A stretch of DNA of 64,000 bases. Source: Utricularia gibba (Eukaryota; Plantae; Magnoliophyta). Both the position numbers and the translations under genes were made by a program. The notes under the pieces were generated by a model, which saw nothing but the letters and a program-made list of their open reading frames with translations, ran no database searches and was not told where the DNA came from. Location of the stretch: assembly GCA_002189035.1 (NCBI GenBank), contig NEEC01000019.1, positions 1,302,001 to 1,366,000 on the forward strand, read 5' to 3'. This document shows, one piece after another, positions 12,199 through 33,196 of the stretch (position 1 is the stretch's first letter; every line of letters starts with the position of its first letter).

Positions 12199-13700
12199 TC
12201 AGTTGCCACTGCACTTGACGATGAATGGCTTTACATAATCGATGAACTCAGAGGTTCTGATTCCCAGTTTCAGATCAACTTCGCCACCTCCTAGCCAGAA
12301 AAAATCAGGTTTCAGTGTCGTAATCGCCTCATCAAGGATCACCTAGAGAAAAGCAGAACAGAGGGCCATGTCGTAAGTATACTGAGCTATCAGGTCCAGG
12401 TTTACTCACATGAGAAACAGCAATTCATAAAGGTTGTCATAAGAGGAATCATTCAAATATTTCACTACTGCTATGCAACACATCTGTGTACATTGCATAT
12501 TTTAGTGCTCGCTTCTGCACCAGGGATCATCCTTGGACATGTAGATTCTAAGAATGTTATTAAAGTATGTCAAGTGCAGGTTAAGAGAGTTGAGGGATAT
12601 AGAGCATAAAGTACCGGAATATGTGTCTTCATTCCAATGCATGTTACTCCATTGTGCGTGTATCCAGTCAGTTTCGCGGAAATTTCTTCTGGAGCAAGGC
12701 GCACTGCATGATTTCAACAAAGACTCAACAGAAGAACAGGGAAAAGAATAGTCTTGAGATAGTGGGAAGTCACATGGTAAGATCCAAAACGGGTATGGTA
12801 TCGAACACATTTCAACGTGTGCAGAACATATGATTGGGGCCTCGGAAGCAGATGTAAATACAGATGGTGAGTTTTTGCACATAACAGAACTGCATTTAGA
12901 TACAGGAGGAGAACCAACAGGGTGTCCAAAATATAACATCAAATGATTAGGCATACTGTTTATTCTCTTCCTTGGTATCTTTCTCTCATTGATTGCGTAG
13001 ATATAGTTTTTGATTGCCTCCGCATTAAAGCGGGCAGCATACTGCAGAAAGATGCATGATCAGAACCTAAACATGTTTGCAAGAAAGTTTTACCTATCAG
13101 TGAGGAAAAATCCATCACCTGTACCACTACAACATAGTACTTGGAAAAGTTTCGGTCCTTGCAATCAGTCACATCTCCTGGGGCTTGAGTATTCACCTAT
13201 GCATGTGTTACAGAGAAGGCTTATCTGTTAGACAGGAACAACAGGAATCATTCTGCATGTGGTGAATGTTGTATAAAAATTCAGAAGACAGACTACCACT
13301 ACGATAAGAACAATAAGTACCAATGGGAAATCCATATTAACTGCAACAAAATCAAAACCCCAACTCCTAAATCCCCGAACCACTCAATAACAGGAAGAAA
13401 ACAAGGAATTTCTTGTACCAAAACAATGCTCTTGCAGAGATGGTTAACAGAGGCGGCACCCAGGACGTCGCGACGAGCTTCAAGGTCCCATTCATAGTAG
13501 TCAGAAGGTACTCGCTTAAACAAGAAGTCGACAACAGCACCGTCTCGGAGGATTGTGGAGAGGCGGCTTTCAGTGGCCGTTGATTGGTCGTCATCGGATT
13601 TAACTTCTACGGCGGAGATACAATCGGAGGAGCAGCTGGTGGAGACGGAAGGATCCCCCATCGCATCACAGTGTTTCTCCACCTCCGAACAACTGCCCAT
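12199..13700 (-). CDS. YbaK/aminoacyl-tRNA synthetase-associated (editing) domain protein, 5 exons
   Basis: YYEWDLEARRDVLGAASVNHLCKSIVL | VNTQAP..SKYYVVVVQ | YAARFNAEAIK | RLAPEEISAKLTGYTHNGVTCIGMKTHIP | VILDEAI..FFWLGGGEVDLKLG..SGN*. Confidence 0.92.
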
Positions 13701-13829
13701 TTAGTCTCCGGCTACGCGCTCGCGACGCCGACTACGGAAACTTTTGCTGGAGATCCGCGTAAAACATCAAACCTGGACAACTGCTAGCCCTTTCTCAGTG
13801 TTCTGTTCATTATTCAGGGCTCATTATCA

Positions 13830-13960
13830 GTTATTGGGCCTTGCCCATAATGTTGCCTTGGACAAAGGCCCATTATGAGTTATTGGGCTACGCCCGGAAT
13901 ACTTTCCTTGGGCTACGACCCTGCTATATTGGACTAATTGTTCATTCTGCTGGGCCGGTC
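13830..13960. promoter_or_regulatory. Site II-rich bidirectional promoter (YbaK / adenylosuccinate lyase)
   Basis: Multiple TGGGCY/GGCCCA; only 338 bp between the two divergent ATGs. Confidence 0.55.
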
Positions 13961-14038
13961 ATCACATAAGGTGTTAGATGATTTTTGTATGTGGTTTCGC
14001 TTTTTCTTTCCAAAACTAAGCGCGAGTCAGCATCGAGC

Positions 14039-17412
<3,374 letters not shown>

Positions 17413-18133
17413 ACACAGTTTGCTGCATTTTTGGGTAGGAGAAGCATGTAACTGGTCTCCAGAGTTGTCTTTAATCCATTCCTGGTATGTGCTATGAAAC
17501 ATATTCAGTTGTATATTCAATGACTATAACAATGTTTTTTGTAGCACTCAACATGATTAAGTCCATGGGTTGGTTCTCAACAAAGGGGCCATTGTCATTA
17601 CTTAGGTATTTTGATAAAAATGTATTAATATGTTTAAGTATAGTATATATTTAATTATATTTAATATGTAATATTTAAAAATATAAACTTGAGTATATAA
17701 GTGAGATATATATAACTAGTCTTCATTCTATTCATTTATATATATCATTTATTTTTTGAATATATGAATAATATAATTATACAAAATTAGTATACGTGTA
17801 CTAATTAATCAAACAATAATACATATGTATACTTGAGTATAAAAAAATAGTAATAAGGGAATTAAGTGATATATGTCCTCATATGTCTCATTCGAAAATA
17901 GTAATTATTTTTTATTTGGAAATATCAATTTAATCTATTTTAAGGAAAATAGTAATTATTTTATTATGTTAAAAATGATTATTAAAATTAAATAATTGGA
18001 AACGAGGAAAAGGTATCGAGGATCCAGCGGGCAGCATCCGAGTGTGTTACGGGTTAGCCCGACTCGAGATTCAAAACCGTGCCCACGTACACCCGCCACG
18101 CCAAAAGCTCTTTCTAGTTTATCTGACGGGGGA

Positions 18134-20678
18134 ATGGGGCAGGGACAATCATCTTCCACCTCCGACGAATCGCCGGAGCTGCAACGGCTGGAATCCCTAG
18201 CTGCATCCACCGGAGCTCTTTCCCTTCTGCAACAATCGTTTTCGCGTTTATCTGATCCACAAACTCACTCAATTCCAATCACGCTCCTTCAGGTATGCTC
18301 ATCATCTTCATTACACTCATCTGATAGCGAATATCTGATTCCTTTTTGGTTTGCTTTTTTTTTTTCAGGAACGCTTTGATTTGAGGTTCGAGGATGCGGA
18401 TTACGATCAAGGGCCGGTTGTTACAGAATTCCGTCGGCTGTTGAGTCACGCAGGATCTGCGACGATTGACTTGTTTTTTGTAGCTGGTAAAAATGGGGTG
18501 GATTGGGGCGAGTTCTTGAGGGGATATACGAAGTGCTGTTCCAGAACGGTTTCTTCAGCAATTTGCATCTATATGTTTCGTTTGTATTCAATGTTGTGTT
18601 CACACGCTAGCCTTCCACTTGATCTAAAATTTGAGTCTTGTGATGAAGATTTTAAGATTAGTGGCTCATTGTCTCCGAAAGATGCTTTATTTCTTTTATG
18701 GATTTCCTGGGTCTTCTCCTGGGATTGTAAAGCATTTAGTTTGAGTGTGGGGAAGGAAAAAAGTGCGTGTACACTTCCAGATGTCTCTCACTTGGTACTT
18801 TCTTGCATCGAATCTTGCATTGATGGTGATCAGAAGTTCGATTTTTGGGATTCGCCTGTGGCTGACATGGATTTTCAACTTCCTGCTGCAAAAGTTTATG
18901 CGTGGACCTTGAATGTGTTGCCCTATTTGTTTGAGTGCTTTGTACAGTTTTTCCACGGAAGACTCTGTTACGTCCCAACGAATGAGGCAGTATGGCTTCT
19001 TCTCCTCTATTTTATTTTTCGTCCTTTTTTATTTCCTTCAAATGAAAACTACTATTACAAACTTTGCTGTATGCGACTGTTATTCTTAGTGTGAAAGTTA
19101 CTTGACTCGTACTGCCTTATCTTTAGTGTGAATGCGAGATAAAAATTAGACACTCTTTTCATTTGTGCATTTGCGGCCATTTCTGTCTATTCTTCTTTCG
19201 CATTTTTTGTATAGTCGAGTACTATCTAATCTGTTTAATTGATTAACTCTATGGACGAACGAACTGGAGCAGTCACACCGTTCTCCTCAATTACTAGCAT
19301 CCCCTAGAAGTCAAACTGCGCTTTTCACTCCTGGACAGGCTTGGTCCATCTCACTTACTTTGAGAGGCCCTGTACGTGAGGAAATATCAAACGTTTGCTT
19401 TAGTGATAATCTGGATAAAATGAATGAGAACCTAATATATCGGTGAGTACATTCACTGCTTTCGCACTTGTTTTGATGTACTAAATTTTAGAAGACTTAG
19501 CTGATTCCCTAGGCCATGCGTAGTGCCTTTTTTTGTGTGTACTTCCATACTTTTTTCATTCATAAATCATGTTCTTGGATTTGAAACCTATGTTTCCTGA
19601 TACCATTTCTTCTCTTGAGTTTCCATTGAAGAAAAACAAGAGTGTTTCAGTACTCTGGTAACGTATTTGTTCTGTTGCAAATGAAATACAGGTCGTCAGT
19701 TCATGGAAAGGGCCTCAACAGGTTTTGGGCAAATGTTGTTGGCTACAATGGTCCATTGCTTCTAACTATATCTGCTTGTGTCGACAAAAGCAGCAAACAG
19801 AGTTGGATTATCGGTGCACTTACTAATCAGGGCTTCGAAAATAAGGACGCATTCTATGGATCTTCTGGACATCTTTATGCTCTGAGTCCTGTGTTTCATG
19901 CCATTTTACCCTCAGGTGTGCTACATACTCCACATAAACCCATTTCGGTTATCCATAAAACTATTTTTTCCCTTAGAGGGACTAAGTGAGCGTTTCTTTG
20001 CTCTGCAGGTAAAGAGAAAAACTTTGTCTACAGTCATTTGCATCCAACTGCTCGGTCATATGAGCCTCATCCTAAGCCAGTTGGAGTTGCCTTTGGTGGA
20101 TCCATTGGAAATGAAAGGATATTTCTGGACGAGGACTTCAATACAGTTACTGTACGACACCATTACATGGATAAAACATACCAACATGGAACCCTTTTTC
20201 CTAATCAGGTTGGATGTGCCATTTCAAATACATGTTGAAATCGGTGATGATTTCACCACGCTGATGAAATCTTAGTTTACGAGATATTGACTTTGAAAAA
20301 TGATATCGGTAGGGATTATTGGCCACCGAAGCCTGTGTTCAAGAAGTGGAAGTATGGGGTCTTGGGGGCAGAAAAGCTCAAGAAGTCCAAGCTAGTTATA
20401 AGAAGCGTGAGCAGCTTTTCACAGAGCAGAGACGAAAGGTAACCAATTATTGTCAGGACGTTGGAATTTTGATACCAAATTTTTGTTTCCTACATTGCAT
20501 GCATACTGCTGCATTTGCAATGCAGCCTTCCTTCATGTTAAAAAAGAATAACTTGGAGGAATTGTGTGCTTTCGGGCAGGTTGACTTGCGAACATTTGCT
20601 AGCTGGGAAGATTCACCTGAGAAGATGATGATGGACATGATGACTGATCCCAATGCAGTTCGAAGAGAAGATCGGTGA
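18134..20678 (+). CDS. TLDc-domain protein with N-terminal MG myristoylation motif
   Basis: MGQGQSSS..LESLAASTGAL, YRSSVHGKG, QGFENKDAFYG, KPVGVAFGG, EVWGLGG, C-terminal WEDSPEKMMMDMM..RREDR*. Confidence 0.9.
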
Positions 20679-21693
20679 CTCTATTTCCTTTACAGTATCC
20701 ATTAATGTAGTATCTCCATGGAATAGTTCACATGTCAACCTAGTCAGGGATTTATACTCAAATATCCCTGGACACAAGCACAATGGTGTATCTATAAATG
20801 CAAATGTTCATAAATGTTGAAGATGAAGGTCTGCCATGCTTCTTCGGATGGCTTCCCTCTTTGTACATTTTTGAGGGGAAGGTGCAGGATCATGGGATCA
20901 TTTCTAATCAATGAAAAGCCAAGCATAATAGAAGGCTGAATGGCCAGTTGAGGAAGGGGTATCTGCAAGTTGAAGTAAAAATTCATGGTTACCATAAAAG
21001 GACATCACCACTGTTAACATACAACATGGTTTCTTAAGATGATACCTGTAATCCATATTTTTTTTACTTCCAAGCTGAAGAGTTGTTGCTTAGAATTTGG
21101 ATCTGGATGTGATAACGAGGTTGACACCATCCTAAATATATTGCAGCACTTCAAGAATGAGCTCAAGATGTGAAACTGTCAACAGTGTACCACATCAAAG
21201 ATCCTCAACTCTCCAGGGCTAGACAAGGATCAAAATTTTTTAAACTTTGTTTTGAATCAAGGGAGGGGCCTTGCAGAAAAGTTGCAATTCTCTGGATCTC
21301 CCACAACTGAAAAGAATTGCCATTTGCAATTTCAAACACATAAAAGAACACCCATGGGCTAGGTCCAAGGTCCTTGTTGCAACACCAATGACAAGTAGTA
21401 TGGACCAAGCATGCAGCATCTCAACCAAGGCTGGTAGTGTACAGAAAAACTTTCGATTTCCCTTCCACCAGGAGGCCAATTGACAGAGTAACGCATACCT
21501 GTGAGTGACCTTGACGAGAAAGGTGCTGGGGAATAATCAGAAGCAGCAATGCCTACGGGTTTGGACTTGAGAAATGCTTTCGAGATCAAGTGTGTAACTT
21601 CTTCGGAACATGTTCCAATTAAAAGCAGAACACAGGCCCGCATAAAATGCCCCAGGCACTATAGTTGTTATCTCAGATGATGGGAAGGTGTCA

Positions 21694-23276
21694 TCAGCTC
21701 CCTACACTTCCCAGCAAAGCCATCTGAACCTCCAATTCCAACTGAGCATCGCTAACTATTTCCTTCAGATCCTTGAGATGGCAGCATGGTAGTCTTCTGA
21801 TGCCCTTCTTTTTCATTATATCCTTTGTTTGCACAACTTCTTCCCATTTTCCAGCTGCGGCAAAGATGTTAACCAGTAGATTATAATGGGAAAAATTCAA
21901 AGGGTCTCGCTCTATTAAACTTTTGGCAATTTTTTCTCCAGTAGTTGCATCCCAAGAAAACGAGAGGATGCAAACAATCCAACCAATAATGGATGCTCAG
22001 GAGACAAATTATCTTCTGCAGGAATATTTTTGAATAGGTCTAAAGCCTCTTGAATTAAGCCGAGATTAGCCATCAGATTAGCGATGCACCAATAATGTGC
22101 AAAGTTGGGTTTTATGTGAAACTCATCAATCATTTGGGAGAAATATGTTCCTGCTTCAGCCAACTTTTGCATTCTGGAACAAGCACATAAAACACCCACA
22201 AAAGTAATCTCATCCGGGAGAATCGGTTTAGTCTTATCTAGATCAACACCCTTATCAAAAGATCTAGCTGATTCTTCAGTTTTCCTACTTGTATCAACCA
22301 TTTCTGAGTACAAACTGAGTCCCACCAAAGGATCACCATGAATAGAGTGCCCTAAAATCATTGCATTCCAAGAAACTGTATTCTTTCTATGCATTCGACG
22401 GAAGATAACATGAGCTGTGTTTGCCTTTCCACACTTGCTATACATATCAATCAATGCAGTATTTATAAACAAACTCACAGTCAGAAAACACTTAATAAGA
22501 CACCCATGAACTGACCTCCCTTCCTTTAAACGGCCGGACCTCCCACACGCTGTGACCACACAGACCGCAGCTGTGTCATTACAACTGAAGCCCTGATGAA
22601 TCATTTCTCGGAACAACTTCAATGAGTTCCCAGGTTTACCGAAATTCAAGTACTCGGTCATCATAATGCTCCATGAAATCACACTCTTTTCAGACATCGA
22701 GTCGAAAAAGCTATGGGCCAATCCCATCTCACCTGCGTTTGCATAGCCACAAATCATGGTGTTCCAAGACACCGAGTCTTTGCCAGGCATTTCATCAAAT
22801 ATGTTGCTTGCGGCAACCATGACCCCGCAGGAAGCGTATAAATAAATCAAGGTATTCTGAACAGGCAAAATGTTGTCCACCCCAAATTTCACGGCGTGCC
22901 CGTGACACATCTGACCCAAACTCAGACAACCTAACTTAACGCAGGCACTAATCAGAGGAGGAAACGTAAAACAATTAGGGTAAAACCAATTCTCCCTGAG
23001 CATTTCAACATAAAAAATGACGGCTTTTTTGTTACAGTTGTTTTTAGAACACACCTTTATCACAGTGTTGACACAGAACGCATCAGGGAAGTGAATACAC
23101 CTAAAAACAGATAATGCATAGGAAAAGCCATTGTTTTTATCGGATGCAAGCTTCAAAAGGCGCCCAGAGAAAGACGGGTTCTGAAATAGACCAGAGGTGA
23201 GCAATTGGGCATGGATTTGCAGAATATGGTTAGAGTTTTTACAATGGTTGAGAAAGTAAAGGCACCGGCTTCTCAT
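21694..23276 (-). CDS. PLS-class PPR protein with E domain, intronless; -1 frameshift at 21951-21953 as assembled
   Basis: PLS repeats (DSVSWNTMICGY, NTALIDMYSKCG, VSWNAMILGHSIHG, PDEITFVGVLCACS). The E-domain continues in the adjacent frame (YNLLVNIFAAAGKWEEV..LKDLKEIV). Confidence 0.9.
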
Positions 23277-23486
23277 ATCAGCGGAGCTACATCGGCAAGT
23301 TCTGCGTCTACCCACACAAACCTACACTGTTACATCATGTTCAGAAACGTGACCTCTCTCGTCATTCCTGGATGATCAAGGCGCTCCGACCACTTCCAAC
23401 CTGAGGAAGAGGAGGGCAGCGATTGCCGCCATGGAAAGGAGCAGCAACAGCTGCAGTGAGGATTTTCTGCACAGATGACAAATCCT

Positions 23487-23585
23487 TTGGGCCACAGAAT
23501 GGGAAATCTATTTGGGCCACGATGGGATCATCGATATTTGGGCTTCCTACAAAAATGAGCCCCATCGCGCTAACGGGCCTACCCA
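23487..23585. promoter_or_regulatory. Site II cluster, including a short direct repeat (TTTGGGCCAC x2), upstream of the PPR gene
   Basis: TTTGGGCCAC twice about 25 bp apart, plus TTGGGCT and GAGCCCA. Confidence 0.45.
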
Positions 23586-23937
23586 ACACTTTTTTCTATA
23601 TTTATATTTAATATTTTTTTGTCCAATATTCATTTTCCAATAAATAAACAGATATTATTAAAAAAGGAAAAAAAAACAGAATCCACGTCAGTAAATGCCC
23701 GAGGCTTTGAAACAGAATAGAAGAATCAAAACTCATAAAGGTGAAATGCTGCTGAGGCATCATGGTACATGATTCCAGTGTCATTCTACCAATCTAAAGA
23801 ACTAACAGCAGCAGAGCACTTATGTTGGAGTTTCCATGTGAAAACAATGTTTACATCTCACTGGTTTTTTCGAAATAATCAGCTCGATCCGACGCATGGT
23901 TACGCATGAATGGACTTATGGTAAACAGCTCTTGGGA

Positions 23938-29469
<5,532 letters not shown>

Positions 29470-29689
29470 CATTGTCGCACTTCACCGAAAAACTCCAAGC
29501 ACTTAACACGTATAAGAAGCCAACATTGTGAGCCACAACCGGAAGAAACGATACGCTCCTTGTCGAGCAGAAGATGAAATGCTCACGAAAAATATCTTCA
29601 CAGCTTATCAACAAATGACAAAAACCAGGCGTTGGTCGGAGGAGCAAATAGCGATACTGGTGTTCCTACAAACGCGAGATTAACGATTC

Positions 29690-29812
29690 CGCATTGGGCT
29701 AGCCACGAAAGAAAGAGAAATTTTTAAATGGGCCGTGCATTGTTTGGGCTCAAAAGTTCGAAAACCTATGAAATTGGTCCGGCCCATTTTATATGGCATT
29801 GAGCCCAACTCG
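29690..29812. promoter_or_regulatory. Site II cluster upstream of RNJ
   Basis: TTGGGCT, ATGGGCC, GGCCCA and GAGCCCA within about 120 bp. Confidence 0.5.
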
Positions 29813-30745
29813 TACATCTCTTTCTTCTTCATCAATATCATCAATCTCTTCTTCCATCTCAATTATCACTTATTAAATTAAAAATTAATATATAATAAAA
29901 ATTAAAAATAATATATCTAAAGAAAATCCAATTTACAAAAAAATTGATTGTTTCTATCAAAAAGTGAGCGAAAATACGAATTATAGAAAAATGAATCGAA
30001 TCATATAGTGTCTCACAAATTAAAATTCCAAAGTAAAGACATACATATGTATGCAATAAAAGTAAAGTTCTATTTACTCTATATTTTTTTTTAAATATAT
30101 ATATATATATATAATTTTAATAAATTAAAAATTAGATCTTTATATTTTCTTAAAAATAAAAATTGATTTTAAATTTTTTATTTTTAAAAAATAGAAATCA
30201 TTCGTATTTAATACTAAAATAATTTTTAAACGCATTTTAAAATATGAAAATCTTGTGCAAGATATTTTGATAAAATATCAAATCCCCTAAAATCTCTCTT
30301 CTATTTGGTTGGATATATTTTTTAATATAGTTTTATTTTTATTGAGGAGCAAAATATGGAGTCAAAAACAGTAATATTCGTATGAAAATACATGTATTTG
30401 TAACGACTCGTATTCGCTGCGGCCCGTGGTTGTTCTTTCTTGGTCAGGTCTTTTGAGGTTTCTCCTCGTCTCCGATCATCGATCGTTCCCAGGCATGTTC
30501 TCGTGTTCGTTTAGATGAATTTTATGTACTATGTGTGCGTGCGTGTGCTCTTCCCTTTGATCTGATTGTTCGATTCGTTACGATTCTGATGGTGCGCGCT
30601 AGGGTTTTGAATGGTTGCGACTGATTTTCCTTTTTTTTTTTGGTCCTTTCGCCCCGTCTTGTGGTTTTTCTGTGGTTAAATGGAAATTGAAATTGTTAAA
30701 AGTTTGAATTGTGTAGCAGGTTGATAGCGTGTTTAGAGGATAAAG

Positions 30746-32942
30746 ATGTGGGCAGCTTCGTGTCTGGCTTCTTGTTGCGCGAGCTGCGCATGTAGTGCGT
30801 GCCGTGAGGCTGTTTCTGGGATCAGCCGCCGGTCGGCTCGTATTGCGTATTGTGGTGTTTTTGGGCTTTCTCTAATTGTTGCCTGGATCCTTCGAGAGGT
30901 TGCTGCTCCCCTTATGGAGAAGATACCCTGTAAGTCTTTTTAAACACTGGATTACTTATATATGCACATTTTTTTCATTAGATTATCTCTCTGTTTTTTG
31001 AATGGAAGCTGTTTGCTCTGAAAATGTGAGATGATTTAGGATGAGTGACTTACTCTATAGTGAGAGGTCGAGGATCCATAATTTTTGCACACCCTTTCAG
31101 TTCTATTGACATCCTTCTTCAAATTTTGAAGGGATCAATCATTTTCACCAAACTCCAGACAGAGAGTGGTTCCAAACAGATGCAGTGCTACGTGTGAGCT
31201 TGGGAAACTTCCTCTTTTTCACTATTCTGGCCGTGCTTATGGTTGGCGTAAAAAAACAGAGGGATCCACGTGATGCTGTGCACCATGGGGGTTGGATGGT
31301 GAAAATTTTCTGTTGGTTCGTGTTGGTAATACTGATGTTTTTTGTTCCTAATAGCATCGTCAGTTTTTATGGTAAGAATAAGAACACTTACTATATTTAA
31401 GATTTATTTTTTGATTAAGATCTAGTTTTCTATGAGCTTTATCTTGGAAACTGGAATGGCTACGCCTTTTTCCATTGATTTTATAAGAGATTTGGAACGA
31501 AAGGTTGAGATGTATCATGTTTCAGACAAAATTTGATGCACATCTTTTCTCTTGCTCATGGAGAAAAATATTAACATTTGAGTTGAATTTGGTTCTGATA
31601 TTCTTTGGATTTCATGGATTGGTTGCAATGTTTCCCGGGTCTATATATCTTTGGTTGCATTTTATTTGCTTCCATGTTCTTAACTGAAAATACTATAAAT
31701 GCAGAGACAATCTCAAAGTTCGGTTCAGGATTATTCCTTCTGGTTCAAGTAGTGCTGTTACTTGATTTTATTCATGGATGGAATGATAAATGGGTTGGCT
31801 ATGATGAGCAGTTCTGGTAATTATTTGATTCCTGTCAAAATAACCGTTAATTGGTCGTGATCTTGGAAATTTGATGTGTGTCAAAATGACCTTTATTTGA
31901 TATGTGCCAAAATGACCTTTATTTGATATGTGTCCTTCTGTGATACTGCAGGTTCGCTGCCCTGCTTATTGTTTCGGTTGTGTGCTACCTGACAACCTTC
32001 TTGTTCTCTGGCCTTCTCTTCCATCTCTTTTCCCCTTCTGGACATGAGTGCGGACTCAATACCTTTTTCATCGTGACATGTTTGATTCTTGCATTTGTGT
32101 TCACTGTTGTCACGCTGCATCCAGCTGTGAGTATCTTAATCTTTTGCACACAATTTCCTACTCATTTATCTCCAATCAACCTCTTTCATCCTAGATTGAC
32201 TGGGTTTATGAATACTATAATTTTTTCGGGTCTCTGTCGTAGAAGAACAATTGTTGATTTCCAAAATTAAGATGCCCCATAATGCAGGTCGGTGGAAGTG
32301 TTATGCCTGCTTCTGTTATGTCTCTGTACTGCATGTACCTTTGTTACTCTGGGCTCGCCAGTGAACCCAGAGACTATGAGTGCAATGGCCTTCACAACCA
32401 TTCAAAAGCAGTTAACAGCACCTCTCTTGCCTTGGGCCTGCTAACAACTGTACTATCTGTTGTTTACTCTGCTGTTCGTGCTGGATCATCCACTGCTTTG
32501 CTCTCTCCTCCGAGCTCACCCCGAGCAGGTTCCTTGTTTGCTATCTTGACTTTGATGCATCTCTTTTTGAATATTTTAACGCACAAAGATACTCCTATTA
32601 TTTTTACCCTCTGAATGACTGGGCAATATTTATTTTTCATTACGAGTGAGTTCAGGTAAACCTTTGTTACCGCTGGACAAGGCTGATGAGCACCCGGAGC
32701 ATGAAGAGAAGTCAAAGCCAGTTACATACTCGTATTCCTTCTTCCACATAATCTTCTCGCTTGCAAGCATGTATTCTGCAATGCTTCTCACCGGTTGGTC
32801 GACCTCCGTGGGGGAGAGTGGGAAACTGGTGGACGTGGGGTGGCCTTCCGTCTGGGTTCGTATTGTAACTTGTTGGGCAACGGCTGGATTGTTCATCTGG
32901 TCGCTGGTTGCGCCCATTCTCTTCCCTGATAGAGAGTTCTGA
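30746..32942 (+). CDS. Serine incorporator (Serinc/TMS membrane protein), 6 exons
   Basis: MWAASCLASCCASCAC, SARIAYCG, DAVLRVSLGNF, HHGGWMVK, GLFLLVQVVLLLDF, LASEPRDYECN, YSYSFFHIIFSLASMYSAMLLTGW, LFPDREF*. Confidence 0.96.
31882..31932. repeat. 26-bp tandem duplication in a Serinc intron
   Basis: CAAAATGACCTTTATTTGATATGTG occurs at 31882 and 31908. Confidence 0.95.
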
Positions 32943-33196
32943 CGTCCTGAAGACTGAATGCTGTCTCTGGTGTATCTTGAATAACTATGACAGACTTGGT
33001 GTGGTGTGTGCTTGGTGAAATGTAAATGAACGAAGATCTTTACCTTTTTATAAGTTATGTGCAACGCTATCAGTAATCTTCAGATTGTCGATGAGGGAAG
33101 ACCTTTTGTGGTTCAGAAAACTCCTATAAGTATCGAGGGTAAGGACCTGGTGTTCACGGTTCAGATCAAACTTGAAACAAGGTTTGTGCGCCGGTG

